DNA from: Bugula neritina
Taxonomy: Eukaryota; Animalia; Bryozoa
Reading direction: 5' to 3'
Assembly (NCBI GenBank): GCA_964035545.1
Contig: OZ037770.1
Coordinates: 11,428,463 to 11,492,462, forward strand
DNA length: 64,000 nt
Below, in pieces: positions 1 through 13,224 of this stretch; position 1 is the first letter of the stretch; every line of letters starts with the position of its first letter. The position numbers and the translations under genes are program-made. A model generated the notes under the pieces. It did no database searches. It was not told the origin of the DNA and saw nothing but the letters and a program-made list of their open reading frames with translations.

Positions 1-875
1 AGGGAATATACATGTATTTGACTATAAACTGCGTTTTGTTCGTTTGCTCCCGCCCCCCCCCTCCCTTCCGTACTCCAGCCACAAACCGAAGCCATGCACC
101 TTAGCTACAAATCATAGAAAAAAATCCACTCGAATTTTTGTAATACATGTTACTAAAGTTTTTTCTGATAAAAGTTTTTCTGAAGTGAAATTAAAAACAC
201 ATTTTTAGTTCTGAACAGTAATGATAATGGCACCGTAGAACTGAGTAATGTGCGTTTGATTTTGTCTTCCTCTGCTATCCGTGGTGGCACAAACTGTACA
301 GCTAAAACATGAATGTCGCTGAAGGCCTGAAAGAATATTTTTATTTATTTGTAATATTAAATAAATAAAGATCAGATGCAACAAAATTTGCAAAGTTTCA
401 ATATATTTGCTGTGTCCCACTCAGTGGCCCATTGTACCTCGGTACCAAGGCACAATGGGCCGATTTTTTCGTCATGAAAATTTCATTATTTTGAAAGTTG
501 TGAGAGAGATAGTAACAACAAACTGATACCTGTAATAGACAACAGATGCAGCATTAAGACTAGAAATTATTGCACTAGTAACTTCAAAAACAGACGAATG
601 AGAGCAAAAAATTCAAAATTCGGCCCTTTGTGCCCACCCCCCCCTCGGTTACCCCTACTAACAGTTTAACATAACATGCAGTCTAACCAATATGTACTAG
701 CATGTAGTACAGGCTGTACTAATTATTGCAAGTACCAAAGAGTGAATTTTGTACTTTTTATGTTACAGTACCATGTAACAACTTCTTTACTATGCAAATC
801 ATATTTTAACAATCTATTGTAGTAAGTCAGAAAATAACACAAACACAAAATACTAAATGCTCTCATTACAGTGAA

Positions 876-3800
876 ATGGCTGCAGCAAAAGAAGTTGAGT
901 GTGGATTCTGTTTACTAAAAGAAGGTTTAGAGAATCCCAAGTGCCTACCATGTGGTCATGTACACTGTTTACTATGTCTTACTCGTAATGTTGATGTGAA
1001 TGACATGATCAGGTGTCCCTGGTGTAGGTAAGTTAGTTTTGTATAGGCAGAGCTGAGACATACTATTTGTAAAGAGTTGATGATTTACATCATATGTTTT
1101 ACCTTCCTCTAAATTATTGCATTCCATTATATATAGTTTCAATTATTACTAAATAATTATGGGTCTTGTCACAGGGAAGTGTTTGATGTGAGAGTGGAAA
1201 GTCTTCCATCTGCTGATGTAGTAGACAACTCCGTATCATGTGACGTCTGCACTAAGAAAGGGATAGAAAAAGTACCAGCAGTCATATACTGTACTGTGTG
1301 CCGGAAACTTCTCTGCAGAAAACATGATGAGGTGATACTTTCATTAAATATTTCTTCAGTTGATGTTCAACACTGCATACACTAACTCAGCCTCTGATTA
1401 CATGAATGTTGGTTTGTCAGAAAACATTTAGAACTCATATTTTACTTTTGTTTTTTGTTTTTCAATAAATGTATATTCTGCTATATTCAGTCACATGATG
1501 ACACCAATGATGACCACCAAAAGATGACCATCTCGGACTACAGAATACAAGCCAAGAGACTGGAGAAAAGAGTTTGTCCCAAACACACAGCATATCCTTA
1601 CTCGCTGGGGTGCAGAGTTTGTGTACAGCTGTTTTGTTTGAAGTGTGCTTCTTCGGGCAACTTGTGTGTTGGAGGTAAGAAAGTTCTGCTGAAGGTTAAT
1701 TCATATTTAGTTTAGTATATCTAATAAACTATATAACCTCTTCAGTGCGGGAGAAGTGGGTGCAGTGTTGGAGAAATTGAGAATAGCCTGTGTTCTATAT
1801 TAGAAATATATCAGGAGAAGTTACGCTCTAGCGAGAATTTCAACCCGCGCCCTAAACCAAAGTTTAGCAGCAAAATTAAAGAGTTTAGTTTGTCTCAATT
1901 TCTCTACTACTAAATGATGTGCAAGCAGCTGTGGTGGTTAGAGCACTGATATTAGTTTGAATCTCAGACATAGTCAGTGGTTGAATTCCGAAGGTTATGA
2001 TGTCAGGAATTGCTTCCCTGTGCTTAGCCTACTTTAAACATCTATTTTACGAGGGGTTCTCACACCTCTGAAACCTACATATTTTATTTGGGGCTCTCAC
2101 ACTAATGGCAACTTTAAAGTCATGTGAATTTTATGACCTCTTCAGTAAATCTATTATTAGATAAGAATAGATAGACTGTAGAGTTTGAGTAGAAGTGCTA
2201 GGAAGCAATGTGTGTTATTATTACTTTAAGAACTTATATCTTCTCATAACCTGTACATCTTGTCTGAAACTTGCCATTCCTATAACTCCTTACATTTCTA
2301 CAGTGATCAGGGTTTTTTAAATATTGACTGCCTAAACAAAGAATTCACTGACATATTAAACTTGTGATCTACCATATAGCATATCATATGGTGATATTTC
2401 AGCTTTTCACCACCTTCTTGTTATGTAGTACTGGCCTTTTAACTGTTTAACTATTGCAAGGTTATATTGCTGTAATGCTATCAGGTTAGTGAAATGTGAG
2501 CTATTTTCTTCATTTACTCTCATTTCAATTTTAGACTCTAAACATGACATGGTTAATCTAGATGACTTAATCAAAGAGCTTATCAATATAGATGATCTTC
2601 TCACCACTGAAGACAAGATGTCTGCTTTCTTCAAACATCTTTCTAAAACTGTGTCAGACTTTGATAATGAGACGGAGGAATTGCTGAATATTCTTCATAC
2701 ACAGCGTGATGAACAGGTTCTGTGTTTATAGAAATACTTTGTGTTACTCTGTAATCTGCATTCTGTAGTCAGGTGTTAGTAAAGCATTGTAATACTAATA
2801 CTTAGGAGTAAAATTTAGGTAATTAGCTACTATTCTATGTGAATTATACCACTATTTTTTGTTTAAGGATTTAGGAATGTTATGCGAAATTATCTATGCT
2901 GTTTTTTGACATAATTCTGAAACACTTTCTCTAATAAGTTGTCAATATTCTACAATGTGCTGATACAATGTATGATGTAGTTGACTGAAGTGAGACTAAA
3001 GTATGAGAAACTGGAGAAGGAATTCTTAGCTAGTAGAAAGAAGAATAAAGAGGAACTGAACAAATACATGGAGAGAGAAGTTGGAACTGTTTTGTCTCAA
3101 CTGAGTAACAGTAGAATGAAGATAGACGCTCAACTTAGACAAAACCATCAGGTGAGCAGTGTTCACCATCTGTTTATATTTAGAATATATTTAGAATATT
3201 GTTTTTATAGGTCTTTAAAGGCCGTAAGCATCCAGGTTATTTATGACATTTGAGCAAAAGTTTGCATGCTTTTCAACTGTTTTATCAGCATTTTATCCAA
3301 TTTCTTATACGAAAACACTACAAAAATGCAAGTAAAAGTGGTCATATTAGGTGTCTTAGACTTGCCCAGACTTGCCCGCGAGCTTGCCCTCCGTGTCCTA
3401 TTCTGACGTGGGGATGGCAAAATAGCCCTATTGTAGCGTGAGTTTATATCGCGTAAAGTTATTAAGAAGCGGGTTTGTCACAGATTCTCGTTATTCGTAG
3501 CTCAAATCACTTGCATGTTACTCTTCGGGCGGCTACTAATAACTAACGTTAGCTACGCAACATCAAGAAAGGTAACTAATTTGACTGTTTTCAAATGGAC
3601 TATTCCATTTCGCTAGTTTGTAACTTGCTGTAAATCACAAAATAATTATTTTTCCTATTTTAATTTCAATTATCATGTCGACCACACTACCAGAAAATCA
3701 CTCTTAAATATGCAGTAAATGATGATTTTCAACCGTTTTGTGATGAACTATAGGTTAGTAGTTGTCTACGTAAAAACAAGTTTTAAAATTTGTAATTGAA

Positions 3801-6800
3801 TCAGTGAATCACAGTATCACTATCACTTATCAGTATGAGTATCACTAGTCTATGTCTATGACTCTCACTCTAAGTCTATGACTATCGCCTATTAGTATTG
3901 GTGAACTATTATTAATAATATCCAATGGTTATATTTATTAATACCATTATTAGTCATAATGATAATCATATGACAGTATCAGTATGTTAATGTTACGGAG
4001 CAGGATCAGTTTCGAAACTAATACTTGTAATATTAGTTATAACTATAAGTATAAGTTATACCGATAGCATTAGCTATATTAACATAAATATTTATATTCA
4101 TAGTAATACTAACAGCAAATCTAATATTATTATGTTAATAGTTATACTTGTAAGTTATAATATAGAGCAAACGACACAAGTATTAATTTGAACTGTTGGT
4201 CTTAAAATAAAAAGTAAAATAAATGTAAATAATAAAATATAAATTATAATAATTTAATTATACTAATACTAATAGCAATACTTATACAGTAATATAATTA
4301 TAATAAATTTAAAAAAACTTAAACAACTTTAGATTTAAGGAACAATTTTAAATACAAACATAAAGATAACATTAAATAATTATAATCATAATGATCATAA
4401 CAATAAATATAATTATGATTCCAATAATTATCAATATATTATATAATATTTAAATTATTTTAATTTATAATTATAATCATAATTTTTTTATTTATAGTGA
4501 ATAAATTCAATTTGACATAATAACTATAATATTATAAAGCAGTCAGTCTATCTCTAATGCTGATTGATATTCAAATTGTTATGACTGTATCATCATTCAC
4601 TAACTCTAAGAGTAAGTGACTACAATTATTAGTATCAATGTTGTGTTAGAGTACTATACCCATTGGAATTTTGATATATCCATTATATTTACAACTCTGC
4701 CTGTTACAGCTATAAATAAATTGAACCAAAATACCAACAGTGCCTAATCATCGCCTTATTTATAAAATAATCACAATCATAATGCTCAAGTTAATAGATT
4801 GGAAATTATTGAAAATTATGTTGATGCCAATATAAATATGACATTGTATGTATCCAAGTAGTGATGTTGTAATATATCTTGGAAGATAATTACAATATAA
4901 TAAGAGTTAAATTCCTCTACGTAACTTTTTTTGCAATTATTCCTTAGAATAACTATAACTTATACTCCTAACATTTAGCAGCGCATTAGTTTTAGATAGA
5001 GCTACTAATTGTATTTATTGCATGTGAAGGTTAGTTATTCTCCATCAGCTGCATGAATGTGACTGGTAAATTCTGTAACCTTTGGCAGTAATAACTTTGT
5101 AGCATAAATTAGACACATTTTTATAAAAATACATAATTTTAATGCTATAGCTGCTAGTAATTCTAATGGGTGTAATAATATTACAGCATTAATTTTTATT
5201 TTGTTCATGCTTCATGAAGCATTTTCTAAATTCTTTTTTGAATAAATTTCTACAATACATATAATGTGCTGAATAGATTACATATGTTGGGGTTCTTCCT
5301 ATACTGCAGCTCAGCCTACACTCCCGCCACAAATGTTCCTAAACTACTAGCTTCATCAGGATACGGATTGATGGAGCTGTATTGATAAAAACTTCTCTTT
5401 TTAGCAGTAGAGGCATCATGAAAAAAAAGGTAAGTATTTTACTCAATAAGAATGCGGTTTTTTACTTCTACAAATTTGATAGCCTACACTATTCTATTTA
5501 AATGGAGACTGGTCTGACATAATGTGTCTGCAATTTATTAGTTATAATATAGTAAATACTATGCGGGCCTATAGATCAAATGGCTCAAAAAAAAAATTAA
5601 ATAAAATATTACACAATGCTGTATTTATTAGCAATGTGATACTTAGCAACTAATTTCACATTATTATTGTTTGCAAAGTTTTATATATCTACATATGTTT
5701 GTTCAATTCAGTGTTCTGAAGAAGAAGGTTCCAACAGCAGGGAAAAGCCTTGAACAAGATATTATGTTCTACATCTCCAACTCATTTTAACTTTGCTGGT
5801 CAGTTCATTGTGTATCTGGAGCATAGTTTTGTATTTTCAAGTAGTTCATCAGATACCTTTGTAGATAGTAAAGATTAAAATGTTTGTGCAATGATGTCCA
5901 TAATGTTGAACTGATTTATTGAAACTAAAACTGTTCTTAATTATAACAAAACTTGACAATCTTTACATAAAGAATAATGTCCTATAATCTATCTTCATTG
6001 TAAACAAAATTAGAAAGTTCCACATCAGCAAATTGTTTATCATCATCTGTAGGTGGAAGAAGCTTGCACTCAGTTATAAAGGCAAGCTGACGGTGGTTTT
6101 CTTTGCCTTCTATGAAGATTTGGAAAGAGCCAGAAAATTAATACTCTATAACTGCAAAACCATGTTGTAGTGTCTTGTGTTATTGATTGAATCATCTAAA
6201 AGAAAAATTGTTGTATCATTATAATTTTACTGTTAAAATGAATTAGCAAATCTACTTATCTTGGTAAATATATTCAAGAACAAATACTATAGTGTAACTC
6301 AGTTTTGGTTATGTGTATGCTCCTTAAGCGAATTTACAGCAGATATCAAACTATATATTAGAGACTGATATAGGAATTAAATTTAAGCTAACCATGATGA
6401 TGTAAATAGCTGTTGAATGTGACTTCGAGAACTCTGCTGGCCATGTCAGTTCAAATACACCAGGGTGATATGTTACGAATGTCATGTCATTATTGAAATT
6501 CAGCTTTTTCAAGTGCCTCTTCACAACTCTGGCAGCATTCTGACTGCTCCTTAGCTTTCTGCGCCTGAAATTTCTTCTACTTGCACCATTCTTCTATTGG
6601 TGGAATGTTAGCCTATAACAAACAGGTGTACCAAAGCTAAAAAATATCTAATTCACTGCACTAGGATATTATTCAACTCATTTAAATTTAATATATAGTA
6701 GTAAAACAATCACATACTTGTATTTATTTTATCAGCTTTACTTTACAAAGCTGAACCATATGATTTAGTAACTTGTCACCATAATAAACATTGTACAACA

Positions 6801-9800
6801 TACAAGTTGAAAACCTGATGTGATTGCTTTTTTAATAGAATATACATCACAAACATGTTACTTTGATAAGCGTGTTCATAATAAAAGTATTAAACCAGTT
6901 TGAAAAAAATTATTTTGTTATGTAATGGATCACAAAACTACATAATTTTAGACCTGTAGCTTGATGTTCTTCAAGCAACGGGCTGCTATGACTAATTAAT
7001 TTTCTATCATTGCATTTGATTGTTCTACTCATAGTGTATTGGCGAGTTAAAATTATTGGTAATTTAATGTATATTTTAGCTACCTCTGTACAATCAATGT
7101 TATAGTAATATCAATTAGGTTTTAAATTTCACTGAGTTTATAGTAAATTATTGCAACTGTTACATAACATTTGGCTAGTTCTCTAGTTCATTAAATAACC
7201 ATACAAACTTAAATTTACAACATGACAAAACACACAAAGCAAAATTAAAATAAGCATATTATGAACCAATGTAATTGATAAGTGATAATGCTGTTGTAAA
7301 ACATGAATTATCAAATTTAAATAGTTGTTATTACTATTAGTATTACTATCATTATAACAACTATAATCATTATTACTATTACTATTAGTATTAGCATTAG
7401 TAGTAAAAAATGAGTAGAGTTCAACATATACAATCTAGCGTACTATAAAATTAAAAGTAGAAGTAGAACTTCTAAAACTATCATCTGCATCATTATCAGA
7501 ACTATGAGTAATACTAGTAGTTGTACTAAGAGTAATACTAATTATTAATACTAATAGACAATAGTAATAGTATCACTATGAGTATGAGACTTGGGCTGGC
7601 AGTGATTATCAGTATCAGCATCGTCATAGTCAAAAGTTACAAGAATTAGAAGCCATATTCATATTGATATTCTCATTGAGTTATGCATAGTCATATTCAT
7701 AGTAATAGACATAGTCAATCACTGATTGAGTTAATGTCATAGTGATACTCATACTCATTATAATTAATTTATACGATACTCATACTCATAGTTATAGAGT
7801 ATCATAGTCATAGTGACACTTCACCGTGAATTTAATAATAATTTTAATTTAATATTATCATTGTTGCTAATGCGGGCTAGTAAGACATAATATTACCATT
7901 AGTAATGGTAATATTATGTCTTACTCTTAGTCTAACAGCAGCTTTATGAAAAAGTTAAACATAACTGATAACAAAACAAATTTAAAAAATAATACTGTAA
8001 CAACCAATATAATGTATATCAATATGCTAGCAACCTAATTTTCAGCTCACTTCATTAACTTTCCGTGCAGTATTGTGATGAAATAATATATTTATTAATG
8101 GTGACCTTGACATCTTTGTCCAAACGCCTTTCACGTCAAGCCCCGAACCAATTTGTAAAAATTTTGGATTTTTTACTTTTGATTATTTTTTACGAAAAGA
8201 GCTTCAAAATAAATTTAAAAAAAAGTGAGCTGTTGTCCACATGAAAAGAAATATATGAGCCAATTTTCTAAATTCAAAAAGTTACCAGAGGGTCACAATA
8301 TTTTTTTTTAAAAATCTGTATTTTCACGGCAAGCTCTATACGTTAATATAGAAAAATAGAAGACAACTCTTCTTTCAGATTTTTCATGTGCCACGGTCAC
8401 GTCAATATCAGTGCTATTAACACATATATTTTAATTCATTTTTTCTGGTATATTGAGTTGAGATTTTTTTTAAATATTTTGTGAATGCAACTAAAAAAGT
8501 ATGAACTTTTAATTAACAGTAATTGATTTTATCGAAATAACCTGGATGCCTACGATGTTTAAGAATGGCTATCGTGTGGCCCTATGCTAAGTTTATCTTT
8601 GTCGTTTATTTCTGTTTCAGCTGTCCTACGATGTTGAAAAATAAAATGAAAATAAAAGAATTTATACAAGTTATTATTTTACATTTGCAGCAATTTTCTT
8701 CACACCAGTCTTGATTATTTACTTCTTTTACAGGTCTTTGGTTTTATGCAAAAGTGTAAACAATCTGCAAGCTATGACATCATATCTGTATAGCTATGAC
8801 ATCACATATGTATAGCTATGACATCATAGCTGTATAGTTATGACATCATAGCTGTATAGTAATGATGTCATAGCGGTCTAGTTATGACATCATAGCTGTA
8901 TAGTTATGGCATCATATCTGTATAGTTATGGCATCATATCTGTATAGTTATGAAATCAGAGCTGTATAGTTATGACATCATAGTTGTATAGTTATGACAT
9001 CATATCTGTATAGTGATGATATCATATCATTTAGTTATGACATCATAGCTGTATAGTGATGATATCATATCATTTAGTTATGACATCATAGCTGTATAGT
9101 TATGACATCATAGCTGTATAGTTATGACATCATAGCTGTATAGTTATGATGTCATAGCTGTATAGTAATGATGTCATAGCTGTATAGTTATGACATCATA
9201 GCTGTATAGTTATGACATCATGATTATACAAATTAGTCAGACCAAGTAAAGTTGTAGAGCTCAAAACCAGACCTAAAGAAAGACTTGAATTTGTTAATAT
9301 CACAATTTCCACCTCCAGATTTTACCTCACAACTACACCTAGAAATAGATTACTATGTACAGTTTATATTAGTATTTGTTTGTCACCACATTTCTGTTCC
9401 GTGTGCACCATATGTATTGTAATTAAGTGAAATTATCTCCACATAACTCTGTATGCTGATATTTGTTATATACTGTAGGTGGATCTGGTTGAAGGATTTG
9501 CAGAGATTAAAGAGAGAATACAGAGACTGATATCTGTTGAGATACCTAAACTAGAGCTGTGTGATGTCATGTCTCTAAAGGTCAAAGGTTAGTATACTAA
9601 ACTAGAACTGTGTGATGTCATGTCTCTAGAGGTCAAAGGTCAGTATACTAAACTAGAGCTGTGTGATGTCATGTCTCTAGAGGTCAAAGGTCAGTATACT
9701 AAACTAGAACTGTGTGATGTCATGTCTCTAGAGGTCAAAGGTTAGTATACTAAACTAGAGCTGTGTGATGTCATGTCTCTAAAGGTCAAAGGTTAGCATA

Positions 9801-11097
9801 CTAAACTAGAGCTGTGTGATGTCATGTCTCTAAAGGTCAAAGGTTAGCATACTAAACTAGAGCTGTGTGATGTCATGTCTCTAAAGGTCATTAATATTTG
9901 GCATTTTATTTGAAAAGTAACCTCATGTGTGTGAAACTATTGGTTTGAAAATTTTAGTTTCTGTTGAAATAGCCCTGTGTCTAGGTTTACTCAGAGCTTC
10001 TATTAATAGAATTTATACACATACTCACTTTTATATGACATACATATTTTATACATACTCACTTATATATAAGTATACACAGGTACACACATATTCACAT
10101 GTATATTGTAGAAGAGAAGAGAGAAATAGAAATAGACTTGGTTCCTACAGCAGACATGATTATTAGTTTAGATCAAGGAGTGACAACTCCTACTCCTCAT
10201 AAATCTCTCAAACTCTTACAGACTGTTGATGTTTCTAGTTACTGTTGGTCTGTCTGTAAATATGATGGCAACACTTATGTAGGGCTGAGTGGTGGAGCAG
10301 GGATAGACAGAATAGATGATAATTTCAGTGTTTTCAAATCATTCATTTCTCTTACCAATTCTGTAACTGGAATCACAGTACATAGGAACAAGCTGTATGC
10401 TGTACAGGGTATCACCAGCACTAATTGGACAGTACATGTGTATGATCTTACTGGGAAACAGGTGACCAGCTGGTCTCATCATGATAGTAGTTGGGCTGTA
10501 AACAAACTTGCTATTGTTGATGATCAGGTTGTAGTTCCTGATAGAGGCAGTAAAAGACTTACAATTTACTCTCTTACTGGGGAGGTAATTAAACATGCTT
10601 CCTGCCCTCTACTCAGCAATAGTAATACAGCAATATGTGCAGCAGACAGACATTGTGTAGTAGTTTCTGACTCCGGTTCCTTTCAAGTATTTAAATTAGA
10701 CTTGACAACAGCGAAAGTCATCTGGACATGCAAGGATGTATCTCAACCAGAAGGTGTGACCTGCTATAGAAGTAAATATATTCTTGTGACTAACCGCAGC
10801 AGTAAAACCACCATCTGGATACTGGATGTGGAAACAGGTTAGTTGTACATTGGTTAGTCAACTACTGTGACCAATATATTAGTATTTCTCACAGTCTCAC
10901 ACTATAAAATATACTATTTTAAGTACTAGTGATGACACACCAATACATCGTTTCCTGTTACAGGTACACAACTGTCCAAAGTAGAAGATCCAACTGATAG
11001 AGCTGAGAGTGGTGTGTATGATCTTCATGTGTATAAAGACACTCTGATTGTACCTAGATACAGTGAGAAGAAAGTTCTGTTTTACCAGCTAAACTAA
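876..11097 (+). CDS. TRIM-family E3 ligase-like protein, copy 1 (RING-HC, B-box x2, coiled coil, NHL-like beta-propeller), about 604 aa
   Basis: Exons with GT/AG boundaries and consistent phases: 876-1027, 1175-1331, 1491-1674, 2535-2716, 2981-3151, 9479-9587, 10112-10837, 10964-11097 (1815 nt, open, ends TAA). Exon 1 encodes CGFC..CGHVHCLLC..CPWC (C3HC4 RING); exons 2-3 encode CDVC..CTVC..CRKH and CPKH..CRVC..CLKC (B-boxes); exons 4-6 are helical/coiled coil; exons 7-8 are repeated beta-strand blades. Confidence 0.88.
3219..8558. mobile_element. Non-autonomous Kolobok-like DNA transposon (5340 bp) in copy 1 intron 5
   Basis: TTAA TSD (3215-3218, 8559-8562); copy 3 has the empty site GTCTTTAAGAATGG. 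Imperfect 24-bp TIR AGGCCGTAAGCATCCAGGTTATTT versus AAATAACCTGGATGCCTACGATGT. Carries a degenerate KolX-like gene on the - strand. Confidence 0.8.
5983..6612 (-). pseudogene. Degenerate KolX / P2X7-C-terminal-like cysteine-rich gene remnant
   Basis: Manual minus-strand translation gives EEWCK*KKFQAQKAKEQSECCQSCE..FVTYHPG (about 6390-6612) and SYRVLIFWLFPNLHRRQRKPPSACLYN* (about 6070-6155), resembling the WC..ECC..HPG and YR...W......R..P.C motifs of that family. Stops and frameshifts are present. Confidence 0.55.
8771..9220 (+). repeat. 22-bp minisatellite (TATGACATCATAGCTGTATAGT), about 20 units, copy 1 intron 5
   Basis: Direct tandem units visible in the sequence. Confidence 0.95.
9547..9890 (+). 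repeat. 51-bp tandem repeat spanning the exon-6 donor, about 7 units, copy 1
   Basis: Unit CTAAACTAGAGCTGTGTGATGTCATGTCTCTAAAGGTCAAAG|GTTAGTATA. Confidence 0.95.
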
Positions 11098-12591
11098 ACA
11101 GGTATTTGACAGGATATTATTCCATCTTGTGGTACATTTATTATATTGTTTATCACACTAGACTCTGTTTGAATACATTTGGTGCTCAACTCTGTGTTTT
11201 CTACTAATGTACATATTTGTGATGATATGTCTGAGATGTACAACTTCTACATATACTCTGTGTCTGTTATTTCTAGACGATTCTCAAAGTTGACTCGGTA
11301 GACTGAGTTCTTCAACACAGAGCTATGAAAGAGTGTGGGAGGCTATATGACGTTTCAGTAACTAACTTATACACCTAAACCTAACTATTTCAAGTAATAA
11401 TTCATTTTCACTTTTATCAAGCCTCTTCCACACAACCTGCAAGACTTCACGGTATTAACTAGCCTGTAACTTTATATATCTAACATGATTTGCATTGAAT
11501 GGTCATGTAGAGATCAATGTGATCCTCATGGTAACTCTAAGTCTAAGTCTACATTTCCTACAGACTGAAATACTATTATATCACAATGTTTATTGTTTAC
11601 TATCAAATACTAACCACTACTACTGCATTAATTTTGCTGTTATAAAGTTGTGTATTTTGACTGATGGCCATAATACATGATTTATTACTTGATTTTTGTC
11701 TACACAAGAATTAACTCCATATTGCTAATTAGATTGTATGTTTGAATTTGATTCTTATTTTCTTTAAATATTCTGTGAAATAAATTGCCTTTTTTGTAGG
11801 CTATAAATATTCTTGATGGGACTTCTGAATGCAACATCACAGAGTTATGTAATAGTTGACTGTATGGTTGTTTTACAGGAATTTTTGAAACATCACATGC
11901 CATGGCATCCTTGTTTGGAAATCGATTTAGGCAGCAAAAAGTTTGGGGTCACTGAGTGCATTTTCCAAAGACTTCTCCAGTTTGGGTATGGACCTCAAAT
12001 GATATTGTTCACTGAACATTGAACTCAGTGACCTTGAACTTTGTGCTACCCTTAACCATAATTTATTAATTTCAACCATATATAGTGCATAGTTTACTAC
12101 ATATTTATGACCTACACTAGAGGTGTCCAAATTCAGGTACCAAAGCTACACGTGATGCCTAACCTTTATACCATTTATTGCTAACATGGTGAGAGCTAGT
12201 CCCTTTGTTTTAAGGTTGTCACATGGCTATCTATTGTAAAGCATAGAAGTGAGGTTTGTAAAACGATGGACAAACATAAAATGATGGGCAAACATAAAAT
12301 GATGGGCAAACTACAATGGCCTGAAGCTATCAGCACATAATATACAGTGTACCCTCTTTATCTCACTAAGCAACAGGTGTAAAGCCTCAATACACACATC
12401 AGCAACAAAACAGGGTCCAAGCTGTTCTCGTGACCTATAGAAATTCGTGAGAAAGGGGTCCTTGAGATCCACTGTATCAAATACTATCTTTTGGGTATAG
12501 GTTTTGTGTGGAAAGATAACTCTGAAGGAGGAACCGATACGTTAATGATGCTGCAACGCTCATCAATAGTGTTATTACTGCGTGTGTTAGT

Positions 12592-12603
12592 GGGGAATTC
12601 CCC
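12592..12603. promoter_or_regulatory. Palindromic NF-kB-type site upstream of copy 2
   Basis: GGGGAATTCCCC, conserved in paralogous upstream blocks. Confidence 0.6.
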
Positions 12604-12872
12604 CAGTCCAGGGTAAGCGTTATTTTAATCCCGCATCTGCGCAGAAAGGTCTAACACTAACAGGAACTATAAGTAGTTCTGTAGGTCTTCTGTGACGAGG
12701 TGAAGTTTGCCCCATTAATTGTTTACCAACAGCAATAACTGTAAGTGTTAGCAAACTTGAAAGCGATGTTGATTGTTTTCAAATTTTAGTTTTAAAGTCA
12801 ACTTATTGTAGTTCTATTATCTCTAGTTTCGGATAGTTATACTGATAGTGACACTCATAGTCATACTAATAC

Positions 12873-13224
12873 TGTAGTAATTTGTGCAATTACTGAGCGT
12901 GAGTTATTTACTTGCGTATAGTTAGCTGGTTATTCTGCTAGCAATTACTAAGGTAGCTGTCGAGTAATTATATTTATTATCCACAATAAAGCATAAAACA
13001 AACATCACATCAAATTATCCTATACATCAGTCAACTACTAACACATGTTACTACTTCAAGCCTCCGCTTACAACAACGTGATATAATGTTAATAGCCCGG
13101 GAAGTGTCACGTGAATCGGAAGCATATCTTCCGGAGCTGCTAATTGGTTGCTACATAAGGGCTAAGTATTCCAAGAGTAGGGAGAGGGCGATTCCCGTAT
13201 TTGTGCGTTGCACTACTCACTACA
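12873..13224 (-). mobile_element. Solo LTR, family A (352 bp)
   Basis: TGTAGT...ACTACA termini, ATAC TSD; absent from the paralogous region near 50860; reverse complement of 30796-31148. Confidence 0.8.

Noticed and set aside
1-657. End of a DNA transposon with subterminal GGCCC(A/T)TTGT repeats
   Set aside because: The other terminus and TSD are not visible in the window, so it cannot be supported.
1929-1990. tRNA gene (also near 25725)
   Set aside because: Only degenerate A/B-box-like motifs and no cloverleaf; at most a SINE relic.
8771-9890. CRISPR-like array
   Set aside because: Units are contiguous with no unique spacers, the context is a eukaryotic intron, and there are no cas genes.
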